The notes: a model not told the origin generated them from the sequence alone. Shown: positions 20,272 through 30,122, numbered from the stretch's first letter. The stretch: 64,000 nucleotides of DNA from Bacteriovoracaceae bacterium (GCA_041586955.1 JBFGZE010000006.1:16744-80743); one strand, 5' to 3'. Translations and numbers: made by a program.

Positions 20272-20453
20272 TTATCCACATCTATTGCAAAGTTATCCAC
20301 ATTTTAAAAAAAGCCGACTATCCTTTTCAGACTTTTTCGCTTTTATTTAAAACATTTATAAAATCAGGCACTTATACGAAGCACGGTGCGTAAAAAATTT
20401 TTTTTTAATTATTCTATCTCATGTTTTCCACAAAAACCCAAACTTTATTCACA
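20272..20453 (+). promoter_or_regulatory. cluster of four co-oriented DnaA boxes
   Basis: TTATCCACA 20272-20280, TTATCCACA 20293-20301, TTTTCCACA 20424-20432, TTATTCACA 20445-20453, flanking an A/T tract at about 20391-20412. Confidence 0.7.
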
Positions 20454-20588
20454 TTTTTATTTTTTTCTAACTTATGATCACCTGAAGCATAAGGCCCCAT
20501 CGCCCCTATTGGTAGGCTATCCGGATTGTAAACAAGATAAACCTTACACTTCACCATGTTTTCTTACCCAGTTCTCGGCCAAAATTAT

Positions 20589-22127
20589 TTAATTGACCAA
20601 ACGATAAAAAATCTTTAGGCGGCCCTCGATGTGGCTATCCAGTAAGCAAATCAAAATATAAACTAAATAAATCATATTTCTTCTAGAGCGTAAGCGTGAA
20701 ATCGACTGAAATAAAATTTCTAATGGTATTAGGCTTAAAAAGACAAGCTTCCATAATAAGTTAAACCCAATAATAAAATTCAGATCAAATAAAATTCCTA
20801 TTATAAACTCCAGGCCAATCGCTAGGAATAATAACTTAAGTTGTTCTTCATTAAAGGGAAGATCCAATTTTTCTTTAAAGAAAAGACCTATTACCGTGAC
20901 TAAAACTCCAAAAGCGCTTAAATTTAAAAATGCTTTGCGGTCCAATAGCTTTATTAAATCTTTAAAAAACAATTGCAAATTGACTGAGATATCTGTGGTA
21001 CTTGGCAAGTCGAAAGCAAATAAGGACATGGCCAGAGAGATAACGATACCGAAAAGAGCATATTTTAAAAATTGCTTCTTGTACCAATTGGTTTTATTTT
21101 TAAATGATTTTCGCAAAATAATAATCAATTGAAGAATAATAGGTATGATGAATAGTTTATTAAACAACGCTCCGAGAAGGCCATATACGCCCTGAAAAAG
21201 CCCTGCTCGATATGTACCGGATTTAATCAAAAAATAAAAGGCCCATACCCATATCACGGAATACGTATTTCCAAATGCAACACCAACATTATTGACGAGG
21301 ATTTTCGAAAAACTCCAGCTGGTTAAGCAACAAAAAACTCCGAGGATTGAAAGCCGCCTTGAAACAAAGATACGCAATAAAGCATAGAAAGACCCAAGAT
21401 AAAGGCCCATCCCAATTACGTAGAAATTAAGATTAATGGCGTGATTAAATAACCCAGGGTATTTCCAAAATGGAATATAATTCACCTCGAGATAGTTCCA
21501 ATAAAAAGATGACATCATGCCCGAAACATTCAGTCCCAGTTTTAACGATTCAAGATTAGGAACTACATGATAATGAGGGATACTTATAAAAAAGATTGAA
21601 AAGATGAGGAAAACAATTGTTTTTTCAAAATTATCAAGATAGCCAAATTCGCTAAAATTGGAGGAAACGGATTCTTGAATTATTTTCCCCCTGGTGGGCC
21701 ACGAATAAAAAATCCCTAAACCAATCCAAAAAACCCAATAAAAATTATAGGACCACTTAAATGGTAGAAGATAGAAAAGGTTAAAGATAAAAATTGTAAA
21801 GACCTTACCGATGATGACTCGATAGAGAATTCGATCAAAGGATGAATTCACACGATAATAAATCTTAAGACGATGATCAACTTCCTTTCCTAAAAGAAAC
21901 CACTGACTGACACAAAAGAATATGTAGAGAATCATGACTCCGACTTGGGTAATGGTCTCTAAGCTGAGAGTTTTTTGGGCCCAAATGGGAAAAAGAAAGA
22001 AAAAGAAATAGGTTAGGACTCGATTAACAAAAAATTTTGTTTTCGCCTTTACAATATCCGAGCTCTTTACTGTATTATTTTGTAACATAAAAACCTTAAG
22101 AAAATTTGCCCTCATATCATATCGCAT
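20589..22127 (-). CDS. polytopic membrane protein, possibly GT-C/ArnT-like
   Basis: More than 12 hydrophobic segments over about 500 aa; start codon uncertain. Confidence 0.7.
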   Translation of the reverse strand: MRYDMRANFLKVFMLQNNTVKSSDIVKAKTKFFVNRVLTYFFFFLFPIWAQKTLSLETITQVGVMILYIFFCVSQWFLLGKEVDHRLKIYYRVNSSFDRILYRVIIGKVFTIFIFNLFYLLPFKWSYNFYWVFWIGLGIFYSWPTRGKIIQESVSSNFSEFGYLDNFEKTIVFLIFSIFFISIPHYHVVPNLESLKLGLNVSGMMSSFYWNYLEVNYIPFWKYPGLFNHAINLNFYVIGMGLYLGSFYALLRIFVSRRLSILGVFCCLTSWSFSKILVNNVGVAFGNTYSVIWVWAFYFLIKSGTYRAGLFQGVYGLLGALFNKLFIIPIILQLIIILRKSFKNKTNWYKKQFLKYALFGIVISLAMSLFAFDLPSTTDISVNLQLFFKDLIKLLDRKAFLNLSAFGVLVTVIGLFFKEKLDLPFNEEQLKLLFLAIGLEFIIGILFDLNFIIGFNLLWKLVFLSLIPLEILFQSISRLRSRRNMIYLVYILICLLDSHIEGRLKIFYRLVN

Positions 22128-22265
22128 TCACTTATGAGTCGGGAATTTAATTTATTTAAAGTCCTAACTTGCTCACGAATCAGAAAATACTGCCATCGGC
22201 AACCCGCCGCGTCTAAAGATGCTAATATAAGCCTGACCCTATTGTCTAAACTCCAGGAGGAATAA

Positions 22266-23657
22266 TTGGGTATCTCATTTGGTTCTATTGCCACTGGGCT
22301 CCCCAAGGATATTGTAAAGCAAATCCTTGAGGCCGAAAAAATTCCTGTGAAGAAGATGGAGCAACGAAAGGCCAAGACTCAGTCAAAACAGAAATTAGTC
22401 ACAGAGCTAATAGGTCTCGTTGAGGGCATAAGAGGAAATATCAATAAAACAGGTGATGCTAGGTCCCTGCGCGAATTTAGAATTGATACCAATACAGATA
22501 TTATAGACGTTACTGCAGATAAAAATATTGCCGAGCCTGGTCAATACCAATTTGAAGTCAAACAATTGGCACAAAAATCATCCGCGATGAGTTCCGGCTT
22601 CGAATCCAAGGAGGATTCCTATCTCGGAGTGGGTTTTATTAATTTCACTTTGCCCAATGGTGAAAAAAAAGAGATTTACGTCGATTCAGATAATTCGTCT
22701 CTTGAAAAAGTTGCGAAAATGATTAATCAAGATTCAGACTTAGGAGTACGTGCCAATGTCATTAATGATGGCAATAATGGTGATAAGCCCTGGCATTTAT
22801 TACTATCTCTTAAAGATACGGGTGATATTAACAAGGCCGAATTTCCTTATTTTTACTTTGTAGATGGGGAAGAAGACTTTTATATCGAATACGAAAGAGA
22901 AGCGCAGAATGCCATTGTCAAATTGGATGGATTTGAGGTCGCTCTTCCCAATAATAAGGCCAATGATCTAATTCCAGGTCTCACCATCGACCTTTTAAAA
23001 GCAGCCCCCGGCGAAGAGTTTACCATTAAAATTGGTGAAGACGTTGAGGCAATTGGCAAAAAGGTTTCGGACTTAATCGAATCAATCAATCAAGTTTTAA
23101 GCTTTATCAAAGAACAAAATACTCTCGATGAGAATAGCGATACCTCCCAAACATTAGGAGGCGATATCGTATTGCAATCACTGGAGGGGCGGATTCGCAC
23201 GACGGTGTTCAAACCAGTTCAAACCTCAAAAGGGATGTTCCGTATAGGAGACCTTGGTGTCAACTTCCAAAAAGATGGTTCCCTTAAGCTTGATGAGAAA
23301 AAATTCGATAGCATGATTGCTTCAAATTATACTGCTTTTAGTCAGGTTCTAACCGGTTACTTTGGACCCGAGGGAAAAACAAAGGGTTTTGTCGATAATA
23401 TTAAGGAGATGGTTAATAATTCTTTACGCTATCCTGATGGCCTTCTTGTTTCAAGAAAAAGAACTGTTCAAAGTAAAATTGATGAAGTTGATCGGCGGAT
23501 CGAGCAAAAGGAAAAATACTTAGAACAAAAAGAACAAAATTTAAAATCGAAATTTGCAAGACTTGAAGAAACTATATCTCGAATTAAATCACAAGGAGCT
23601 GGAGTTGCCGCAATTGGAGGCGGCGCTGGAGCTAATCCGGTTACCCAACTAGGATAA
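22266..23657 (+). CDS. fliD: flagellar filament cap protein
   Basis: GSIATGL...IVKQILEAEK, VKQLAQ, AQNAIVKLDG, LIPGLTIDL, KFARLE; SD CAGGAGG before a TTG start. Confidence 0.95.
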   Translation: MGISFGSIATGLPKDIVKQILEAEKIPVKKMEQRKAKTQSKQKLVTELIGLVEGIRGNINKTGDARSLREFRIDTNTDIIDVTADKNIAEPGQYQFEVKQLAQKSSAMSSGFESKEDSYLGVGFINFTLPNGEKKEIYVDSDNSSLEKVAKMINQDSDLGVRANVINDGNNGDKPWHLLLSLKDTGDINKAEFPYFYFVDGEEDFYIEYEREAQNAIVKLDGFEVALPNNKANDLIPGLTIDLLKAAPGEEFTIKIGEDVEAIGKKVSDLIESINQVLSFIKEQNTLDENSDTSQTLGGDIVLQSLEGRIRTTVFKPVQTSKGMFRIGDLGVNFQKDGSLKLDEKKFDSMIASNYTAFSQVLTGYFGPEGKTKGFVDNIKEMVNNSLRYPDGLLVSRKRTVQSKIDEVDRRIEQKEKYLEQKEQNLKSKFARLEETISRIKSQGAGVAAIGGGAGANPVTQLG

Positions 23658-23673
23658 CCATTTGGAGGAAGGC

Positions 23674-24072
23674 ATGAGTTACGGACTGGGAGCTTATAAA
23701 AAGACATCTATCCACACTGCTAGCAAAGAGCAAATACTCTTAATGCTATATCAAGCCGCAATTAAAAATTGCAAAAAAGGCATGGAGGCCATAGAGGCAA
23801 ACGATATCCCAAAAAAGGGTGAGTATATAGGAAAACTTCAGGATATTGTTATTGAGCTAAATAACTCCCTAGACTTTGAGATTGGTGGTGAGGTTGCTAA
23901 AGAATTATCCTCACTCTATGACTATATTTTGTTCGCTAGTACACAGGCCAATATCAAAATTGATAAGGAACCATTAGACGGCTGCCTTAATGTTCTTAAA
24001 ACACTCTATCATGGATGGAGCGAGGCGATTAAATCTCTGAAAGATACCCCTAATAAAGTGGAGCAAAAATGA
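23674..24072 (+). CDS. fliS: flagellin export chaperone
   Basis: AYKKTSIHTASKEQILLMLY, ELNNSLDFE.GGEVA..L..LYDY, GWSEA; SD GGAGG before ATG 23674. Confidence 0.95.
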   Translation: MSYGLGAYKKTSIHTASKEQILLMLYQAAIKNCKKGMEAIEANDIPKKGEYIGKLQDIVIELNNSLDFEIGGEVAKELSSLYDYILFASTQANIKIDKEPLDGCLNVLKTLYHGWSEAIKSLKDTPNKVEQK

Positions 24073-24467
24073 ATCAATTAAATTTTTTATTAATTTCGTA
24101 TTGTAATTTATTGGATCAATTAATTTCATCCTCAGATAAAATTCGTCATTACGCGAGCACACAAGATACAGATCAGTTAATTTTAGGGCTGGATAATAGA
24201 GATAGACTTTTCAAAGTACTCAACGAATTCCAAAGCATCACGGAAAATCTTTTGAAATCACTTACTGAAAACGAGCTCGAAGAAATGAGTGATATTATCG
24301 GAAGATGGGAGTGTGATACGAATAGAGCAATGGCCCAAGTCGATATGATTAATATTGAAATCGTCTCTATACTCGAAGAAAGTAAGCACCAAACGCAAAA
24401 AAAAATGGCTGAGATCTACACCAACAGAGTGAAATTAAATGGTTACAACCTTAAAAGCCTTCGATAG
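24069..24467 (+). CDS. FliT-like helical flagellar chaperone
   Basis: All-helical 132-aa protein directly after fliS (ATGA overlap); assigned by position. Confidence 0.55.
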   Translation: MNQLNFLLISYCNLLDQLISSSDKIRHYASTQDTDQLILGLDNRDRLFKVLNEFQSITENLLKSLTENELEEMSDIIGRWECDTNRAMAQVDMINIEIVSILEESKHQTQKKMAEIYTNRVKLNGYNLKSLR

Positions 24468-24502
24468 CCTGACCGTTTAAATTAGTCGGCATTTAAATCC
24501 CA

Positions 24503-24532
24503 TTGACAAAAATCCCCTCCCGCCATGAGAAT
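24503..24532 (+). promoter_or_regulatory. sigma70-like promoter of the Maf-N/GT9 block
   Basis: TTGACA (24503-24508), 18-nt spacer, GAGAAT (24527-24532). Confidence 0.55.
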
Positions 24533-24585
24533 AGTAGAAGGGGCAATGAATGCCCTTCTATTTAATGACACCTTAAGGATGAGGT

Positions 24586-25242
24586 ATGGCAGATCATAAT
24601 TCTTTTACTAAAAGTAATTCTCTCGAAATAGTTTACTCAAAAAAGGGACTCCCCATCCCTAAGCTTGAAGATATCTTCATCCACTCGCAATATGACCCTG
24701 AAAAGGAAGCAGAAACTTTCATTAATCAACATTTAAAAAATAATGACAATCATAATTTTTTATTATTAGGACTAGGGTTTGGGTATCACTTAGAGAATCT
24801 TTGTCAAAGACTGGCCCAAAGAAAAACGTCATATAAGGTTATCGTGATTGAGCCTTCAGTCGAACTATTTGAAAATTACAAAACACTAAGAGGAAATTTT
24901 CCTCAGAACGTCGAATTTCACGTCGGCATTAATATAGAAACTCTTTACCATAACAAAAATATTATTGAGTTTTTAACCCAAAAACCATCTGTGATTGCCC
25001 AACCGCAACTACTGCAAATATTTAATCATTATTTTCAAGAGTTACTCACATATAAGGGAGGCACTACAATTAAAAGCATTACTCCCCTTATTAATGATGA
25101 CGAAGTAAGACAATATTTTTCAGAATTTCATGAATTAACGGACTTATTTAAACTACCAGAAATTATTAAACAACAAAATGAAATTCTATGTAAAGAAGAC
25201 TTTATTCCACTAATCATAGAAAGCTTAAACGTACAGCAATAA
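24586..25242 (+). CDS. stand-alone N-terminal domain of Maf-type (motility associated factor) flagellin glycosyltransferases
   Basis: IHSQYDPEKEAE, LLGLGFGYHL and VIVIEP resemble the Maf N-terminal region; the catalytic GxGPSL domain is absent. Confidence 0.65.
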   Translation: MADHNSFTKSNSLEIVYSKKGLPIPKLEDIFIHSQYDPEKEAETFINQHLKNNDNHNFLLLGLGFGYHLENLCQRLAQRKTSYKVIVIEPSVELFENYKTLRGNFPQNVEFHVGINIETLYHNKNIIEFLTQKPSVIAQPQLLQIFNHYFQELLTYKGGTTIKSITPLINDDEVRQYFSEFHELTDLFKLPEIIKQQNEILCKEDFIPLIIESLNVQQ

Positions 25243-25251
25243 GAGGAAATT

Positions 25252-26898
25252 ATGAATAAAATACTTCTCATCAACCTCAAAGAGAATAATGACTTTTTCG
25301 CATCGACTCGTATCATTAGCGCCATTAAAAATGAATATCCAAATAGCTCGATCACTTTCTTAACACTAGATTCGCTACAAGACGAGGCCAATATCCTAGA
25401 TAATATCGACCATATTATCACCTTCGAAAAGAAAAAGCTTATCTCGATCCTCAATAGCCAAATTTACAACAAGGGATTTGCAGTAAATTTGTTGAGTGAC
25501 TTCTTATCACAGGTAAACTCACAGCCTTGGTCAAAAATAATCAATTATAATAACGATTATCTTAGTACCTATATCACAAGCTATCTTAAGCTAGGCCAAT
25601 CCGAAAACGCTGACACGGTAGGAGGTGTTCTCAATAAGTCTTTTTCCCTACAGGCCGAAACCGCATTTGAGGCCTATTATAATGGACCTTACACCAAGTC
25701 TGCGAATGCCTCATTTTGCCAAAACGACATTGTCCTTAATTTACTTTCAGTGAAAAACAATTTAACAACACCCGGTTTAAAATGTAATCCTGAACATGAA
25801 CGAATTGCATACCACAACTTCCAGAAGCTTCGTGCATTAGAGGGGAACCCTAATGTTAAAATTATTGGCATTAAAATAAAAAGTTCTAATATAGAGACGG
25901 ATATCTCGACCAAAACGATCGTCGATGCCCTTAACCTTATTTTAGATAATCCTGATTTCTTTCCTGTCATTTTAATTGAACCTAGAGAAGAAGAACGACT
26001 GGCAGCGAATGAAATTAATCAATTTTTTGACAACTCTCTAGTCACAATTGAAGCTGATATTATTGCTCTTCCTTCAGTGATCAACAACTTAGATTTATTG
26101 ATTACGCCAGAAACAAAAACAAAGCAAATTTCATCCTTGTTCAACGTACCGACTATTGAGCTTCACACCAAACCGAAAGACTTTTATAAGCATTTTAACT
26201 ACCAAGAAAATCTGATCATTATCTTTTCCAAGACATCTGACATAGAAGGAAAATATATATACGATGCCATTTGCGATTTACTGTTTCAAAAAACCATCAA
26301 TTGGGGACAACACAAGAATATACATTGCTTTCGACCTGTCAGAGATGAGCTTGGTTTAATATTATTACCACTTAATCAAGAGCAAATGCCTATCTCTTCA
26401 GAAATAAGAAGAATTTTATCTCGTATCTGCCTAGCAAAATTCAATAATATTCAAATTGACACGAAAGTACACTTTGACCATTTAAATAATTATCAGCACA
26501 ATTTGCGAATAATGAGTCAAGAAAAAGAAAAGCTTGCAGCACTTACGCGTCACCTATTAAAGGCGTTGCGAATGCTGGTAAGACCTCCAGAGCAAATAGT
26601 AAATCCCGACACTCACCTAGAAGAGACATTGAAAGAAATTTTAGAGTTTGAAGGACCTGACAAGTCTATCGCAGGGATCTGCTCTTCACTATTTAAGATA
26701 TATGCGAATAAATACCTTATTCATACTGCCGCCGATTCAACCAACGCTATCGAAAAAGAGTTATTCGTTCTAAAACGATATGTGCAAATTAGTTTTGAAG
26801 TTATTAAGCACTTTGAGTCCTATTGCCTAGACGTCAAAAATACAAATCTTATTAATAACGTAAAAACTAAATCGAGTGAATTAAGAGCGAGTTATTAG
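25252..26898 (+). CDS. glycosyltransferase family 9-like protein (degenerate motifs) with C-terminal helical extension
   Basis: GT9-type layout KILLINL...IISAIKNEYPNSSITFL...LDLLITPET...LFNVPTIEL; lacks the canonical GD and DS..H motifs. Confidence 0.7.
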   Translation: MNKILLINLKENNDFFASTRIISAIKNEYPNSSITFLTLDSLQDEANILDNIDHIITFEKKKLISILNSQIYNKGFAVNLLSDFLSQVNSQPWSKIINYNNDYLSTYITSYLKLGQSENADTVGGVLNKSFSLQAETAFEAYYNGPYTKSANASFCQNDIVLNLLSVKNNLTTPGLKCNPEHERIAYHNFQKLRALEGNPNVKIIGIKIKSSNIETDISTKTIVDALNLILDNPDFFPVILIEPREEERLAANEINQFFDNSLVTIEADIIALPSVINNLDLLITPETKTKQISSLFNVPTIELHTKPKDFYKHFNYQENLIIIFSKTSDIEGKYIYDAICDLLFQKTINWGQHKNIHCFRPVRDELGLILLPLNQEQMPISSEIRRILSRICLAKFNNIQIDTKVHFDHLNNYQHNLRIMSQEKEKLAALTRHLLKALRMLVRPPEQIVNPDTHLEETLKEILEFEGPDKSIAGICSSLFKIYANKYLIHTAADSTNAIEKELFVLKRYVQISFEVIKHFESYCLDVKNTNLINNVKTKSSELRASY

Positions 26899-27051
26899 AT
26901 GGAAAAATTAATTGTAAAAGTTATCGAAGAAAAAACAAAGTGCGAGTCACTTCTCACGAACGACCCTACCAATTTTGATATCACAAAGTACTTAAGCTTA
27001 TTACTCATGGAAGAGGATATTGCAGATGAAAGAAGCGCTACAAATAACTGA
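26899..27051 (+). CDS. small 50-aa hypothetical protein (not in the ORF track)
   Basis: ATG immediately after the upstream TAG: MEKLIVKVIEEKTKCESLLTNDPTNFDITKYLSLLLMEEDIADERSATNN. Fills the gap exactly and overlaps the next gene. Confidence 0.6.
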   Translation: MEKLIVKVIEEKTKCESLLTNDPTNFDITKYLSLLLMEEDIADERSATNN

Positions 27052-28711
27052 AGTCGACAATGATAATATCATCGTACCTGCTCCCAAGAAATTGGCGATT
27101 ATCCAGCTCTCACGCTTAGGAGACCTTGTCCAGACATGCATTTCAATGGAAGGACTTAAAACCAGTAATCCTGATATCCAAACAACGTTATTTGCACGAA
27201 AAAAGTTTGCCCGCCCATTAATGTTTATATTGAAAGATTTTTTCGACGAAATTATTTTACTTCCAAATCTTAATGAGGCCAAAGATACTATAGATGGTCA
27301 TCGCTTGCTTTTAGATTCTTTAAATCAAGTTAAAAACACCACGTTTAATGCCTGCATTAATTTATCATACTCAAAGTCCTCAGGCTGGCTCACGACATTT
27401 TTAAAAAGTAATTACAAACTAGGGTTGAGCTACAATACTGACGGAGAAGTCATTATTCCCGATAAGTGGTCTCAGTATATATACTCAGTCGTTATGCGCG
27501 GCACTTTCAACAAAATCAATCTTGTTAATATTTTTCAAAAAATAATTGGCACTAATGCGGAACCAAGGGTCATTACTAACCCGAATAATAATTATAATCG
27601 AATTACAATCAATCCATTTTCCTCCTCCGAAAAGAAAAATTGGAAGCCTAATAAATGGGTGGAAATCATATTTAAAATTGCAAAAAAGCACCGTGAAAAA
27701 ACCGTTGCCATAATTGGCGGAAAAAATGATCGCCATATGGCAAAGGTAATTGAAGAAAGCCCAATCCTTGCACCATTTAGATCTCGAATCAATTTTCATG
27801 TTGGCAATACTCTTCAAGAAAATTCCCAGATTATTAAATCCTCAGATTTAATAATCTCTCATGACTCTCTTACTGCTCATATGGCCTCCTTTTACAAAAG
27901 GCCCAATATAATCATCTCATTGGGCACAGTACGAGTAGAAGAAACAGCGCCTTTTCTTGAGAACTCTTTTCTTATCTCTCCCACAACCAATTGCTTCCCC
28001 TGCTTTCCCAATGATCAATGTAGCGACTACAAGTGTCATGCGGATGTCAGCTATCAATTGGTTTCGGAAGTAATCGATCGAGTACTAAATGAGACAAGTA
28101 TGGAAAACGTATCATTTAAGGACTTACCTGTTTTCCTTACCAGTAGCGCCCAAGTTTTTAAAACTAAATTTTCAAGTGAAGGCCTTCTGACAACAACTTC
28201 CATGACAGAAACGACTCTCAAGGCGAAAAATCTTTTTGGCAGCCTTTTACGAGTTGCGACGCTATTTCTTCATCAAAATATTGAAGAGACAATTCCTTTT
28301 CCAAGAATATCCAGAGAACTCCATCAAGACTTTTTACAAACACTCCTTGGGCTACAGCATCTCTATGAACTTGCTGAGTTTGGAAAGAAATATTCCCGTT
28401 TCATTTTAGAAGAGGTCACCAAGACAACACCTAATCTCGTCGAAATAAAAAGCTACTCCACTAAAATTGATGAAATCGATCACCTCCAAAATCTTTTAAG
28501 TAAAACCTACTCCCTGCTTATTCCTGTCATAGAGATACACACTGTTAAAAAAGCAAATCTTATAGGCAATAATATTGTCGAATTAACAGAGAGCTCATTT
28601 TGGTGTTATGACCAATGCTCAAAAATGTGTAGCATTTTATATGACCTGATCGAAAATACCTTGGCCGAATCAAAACATAACCTGGCCCAGAGTAGGACCC
28701 CGGAAGTATAA
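27026..28711 (+). CDS. glycosyltransferase family 9 (heptosyltransferase-like) with C-terminal helical extension
   Basis: IQLSRLGDLVQT, NPFSSSEKKNW, LIISHDSLTAHMAS, four-Cys CFPCFPNDQCSDYKC; SD GAGGA before ATG 27026. Confidence 0.88.
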   Translation: MKEALQITEVDNDNIIVPAPKKLAIIQLSRLGDLVQTCISMEGLKTSNPDIQTTLFARKKFARPLMFILKDFFDEIILLPNLNEAKDTIDGHRLLLDSLNQVKNTTFNACINLSYSKSSGWLTTFLKSNYKLGLSYNTDGEVIIPDKWSQYIYSVVMRGTFNKINLVNIFQKIIGTNAEPRVITNPNNNYNRITINPFSSSEKKNWKPNKWVEIIFKIAKKHREKTVAIIGGKNDRHMAKVIEESPILAPFRSRINFHVGNTLQENSQIIKSSDLIISHDSLTAHMASFYKRPNIIISLGTVRVEETAPFLENSFLISPTTNCFPCFPNDQCSDYKCHADVSYQLVSEVIDRVLNETSMENVSFKDLPVFLTSSAQVFKTKFSSEGLLTTTSMTETTLKAKNLFGSLLRVATLFLHQNIEETIPFPRISRELHQDFLQTLLGLQHLYELAEFGKKYSRFILEEVTKTTPNLVEIKSYSTKIDEIDHLQNLLSKTYSLLIPVIEIHTVKKANLIGNNIVELTESSFWCYDQCSKMCSILYDLIENTLAESKHNLAQSRTPEV

Positions 28712-28811
28712 GACCCAGCACCATGCTCAGGTATTCAAATAAATTCTTACCATTTGCTCAAGAGGCGAATCGCTAATTGCTGGAATCAAAAAAGAGTTCT
28801 AAAATGGCCCA

Positions 28812-30122
28812 ATGAATCAAGGCCAAGCTTTTTTAAATCATAAAAAAAACACTACTGGACTACCTTCAGGATGGTCTTCCGCAAATACTCAATTTCTCAG
28901 TAAGGTTTCGGAAAAGCATTTCCCTATAAGTAACTCTTCTCATTTAGACCTCATTTTAAGTAGCATCACGGATAGTAAAACAACAAGCCTCTTTACAAGA
29001 AAATTGAATGCAGACATTAGTTACATCTATCATATAAAGGGGAACCAGAGGGCCTATTATCGGGACCATCACAAAAAGATTCGTTATATCGAAGTCGCTG
29101 ATTTTCTAAAAATATTTAACTCACTCAGAAAAAATAAACAAGAGCAGGTTCAACTATCTTCGCCACAATTTAAAGCTCTTAGTCTTTCTGGTCACGGTTA
29201 TTTTCACTTTACTTCCAATGCGTCAGTAAAATCGATCATATTTATCCATCGCAATGATCTTTTTTCCTTCAGCGATGATGAATTGAATAGATTCAAAACG
29301 CTTAGGTTTTTTCTCCACTTTAAATTTAATCTCGATATTATTAAACATACCCTGGATCAGGAGAAAAAAATTGATCTTCATATCAGTGACTTTTTCTTAC
29401 AACTTAAAGATGATTGTCAGGCCTCCCAACTTGTCAGCTTATATCACCATCACAAGTTTGGAATTTTAAATGAACTACTTAATACTTTAAATCACGAGCT
29501 AAAAAACCCTTTATTTGGAATTAGACTATCCCTTGAACTTTTGAAAACACTGTCTTCAGGAGATGACCAGGCCTTTCTAGATCAAATGCTTAATAATGTT
29601 GAAAAATGTAACGATATTTTTCGCAATTTTGGCAAATCATTTTCAAAGGAAAGAAAAAGTTTAAAACGGGACCCTCTTACCATTCTAGAAGATGTATTAT
29701 CCTTGTTAAAAAGCTCATTAAAGGGAATAAAGGTTAAAGTTGAAATATGCGATCAATGCAAAAACAAAAACCTAAAAATTAAATCGTTTGAAATATCCCA
29801 AATTCTTACCAACCTTATTTTGAATAGTGCCCAATCTTTGCAACAAACAAATCAAGCAGGTAAGATTCTTATCAAAATTACATCCAATGACCAAAAATCC
29901 ATTTCCTTCCAGGTTTATGATAATGGCCCTGGTATTCTCAGCAATAGCCATAAAGATATATTTAAATCTTTCTATACCACTAAAAGTGAAGGTACAGGTA
30001 TTGGCCTTACAATCTGCAATGAAATGGCAAAATCCGTAGGCGGGACATTTTACTTAAAAAAATCCAATCATGAAGAAACTATTTTCACCTGCGATATCCC
30101 TTATGAAAATCTTATTAATTGA
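28812..30122 (+). CDS. cytoplasmic sensor histidine kinase
   Basis: H-box LNHELKNPL, N-box NLILNSAQ, G1 DNGPGI, F/G2 FYTTKSEGTGIGL; no TM segment seen. Confidence 0.92.
   Translation: MNQGQAFLNHKKNTTGLPSGWSSANTQFLSKVSEKHFPISNSSHLDLILSSITDSKTTSLFTRKLNADISYIYHIKGNQRAYYRDHHKKIRYIEVADFLKIFNSLRKNKQEQVQLSSPQFKALSLSGHGYFHFTSNASVKSIIFIHRNDLFSFSDDELNRFKTLRFFLHFKFNLDIIKHTLDQEKKIDLHISDFFLQLKDDCQASQLVSLYHHHKFGILNELLNTLNHELKNPLFGIRLSLELLKTLSSGDDQAFLDQMLNNVEKCNDIFRNFGKSFSKERKSLKRDPLTILEDVLSLLKSSLKGIKVKVEICDQCKNKNLKIKSFEISQILTNLILNSAQSLQQTNQAGKILIKITSNDQKSISFQVYDNGPGILSNSHKDIFKSFYTTKSEGTGIGLTICNEMAKSVGGTFYLKKSNHEETIFTCDIPYENLIN

Noticed and set aside
20250..20300. N-terminal extension MDNFAIDVDK of the IMPase
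   Set aside because: It is the translation of two DnaA boxes; ATG 20249 fits the family better.
20272..20588. Calling this region oriC
   Set aside because: No dnaA/dnaN/gidA/rpmH in the window, only four boxes, and no visible strand-composition switch. Kept as a DnaA-box cluster pending a skew calculation.
20386..20592. 68-aa + strand ORF
   Set aside because: GTG start without SD, homopolymer-derived sequence, and overlap with the DnaA boxes.
22190..22225. Minus-strand GCGGCGGGTTGCCGATGG resembling the 3' end of a c-di-GMP-I riboswitch
   Set aside because: The 5' half (GGCAAA, GAAA tetraloop, GACGCAAAG) is missing; an Infernal search with the c-di-GMP-I model would settle it.
22150..22265. 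sigma28 promoter for fliD
   Set aside because: TAAAG is present but there is no acceptable -10 element at N15 spacing.
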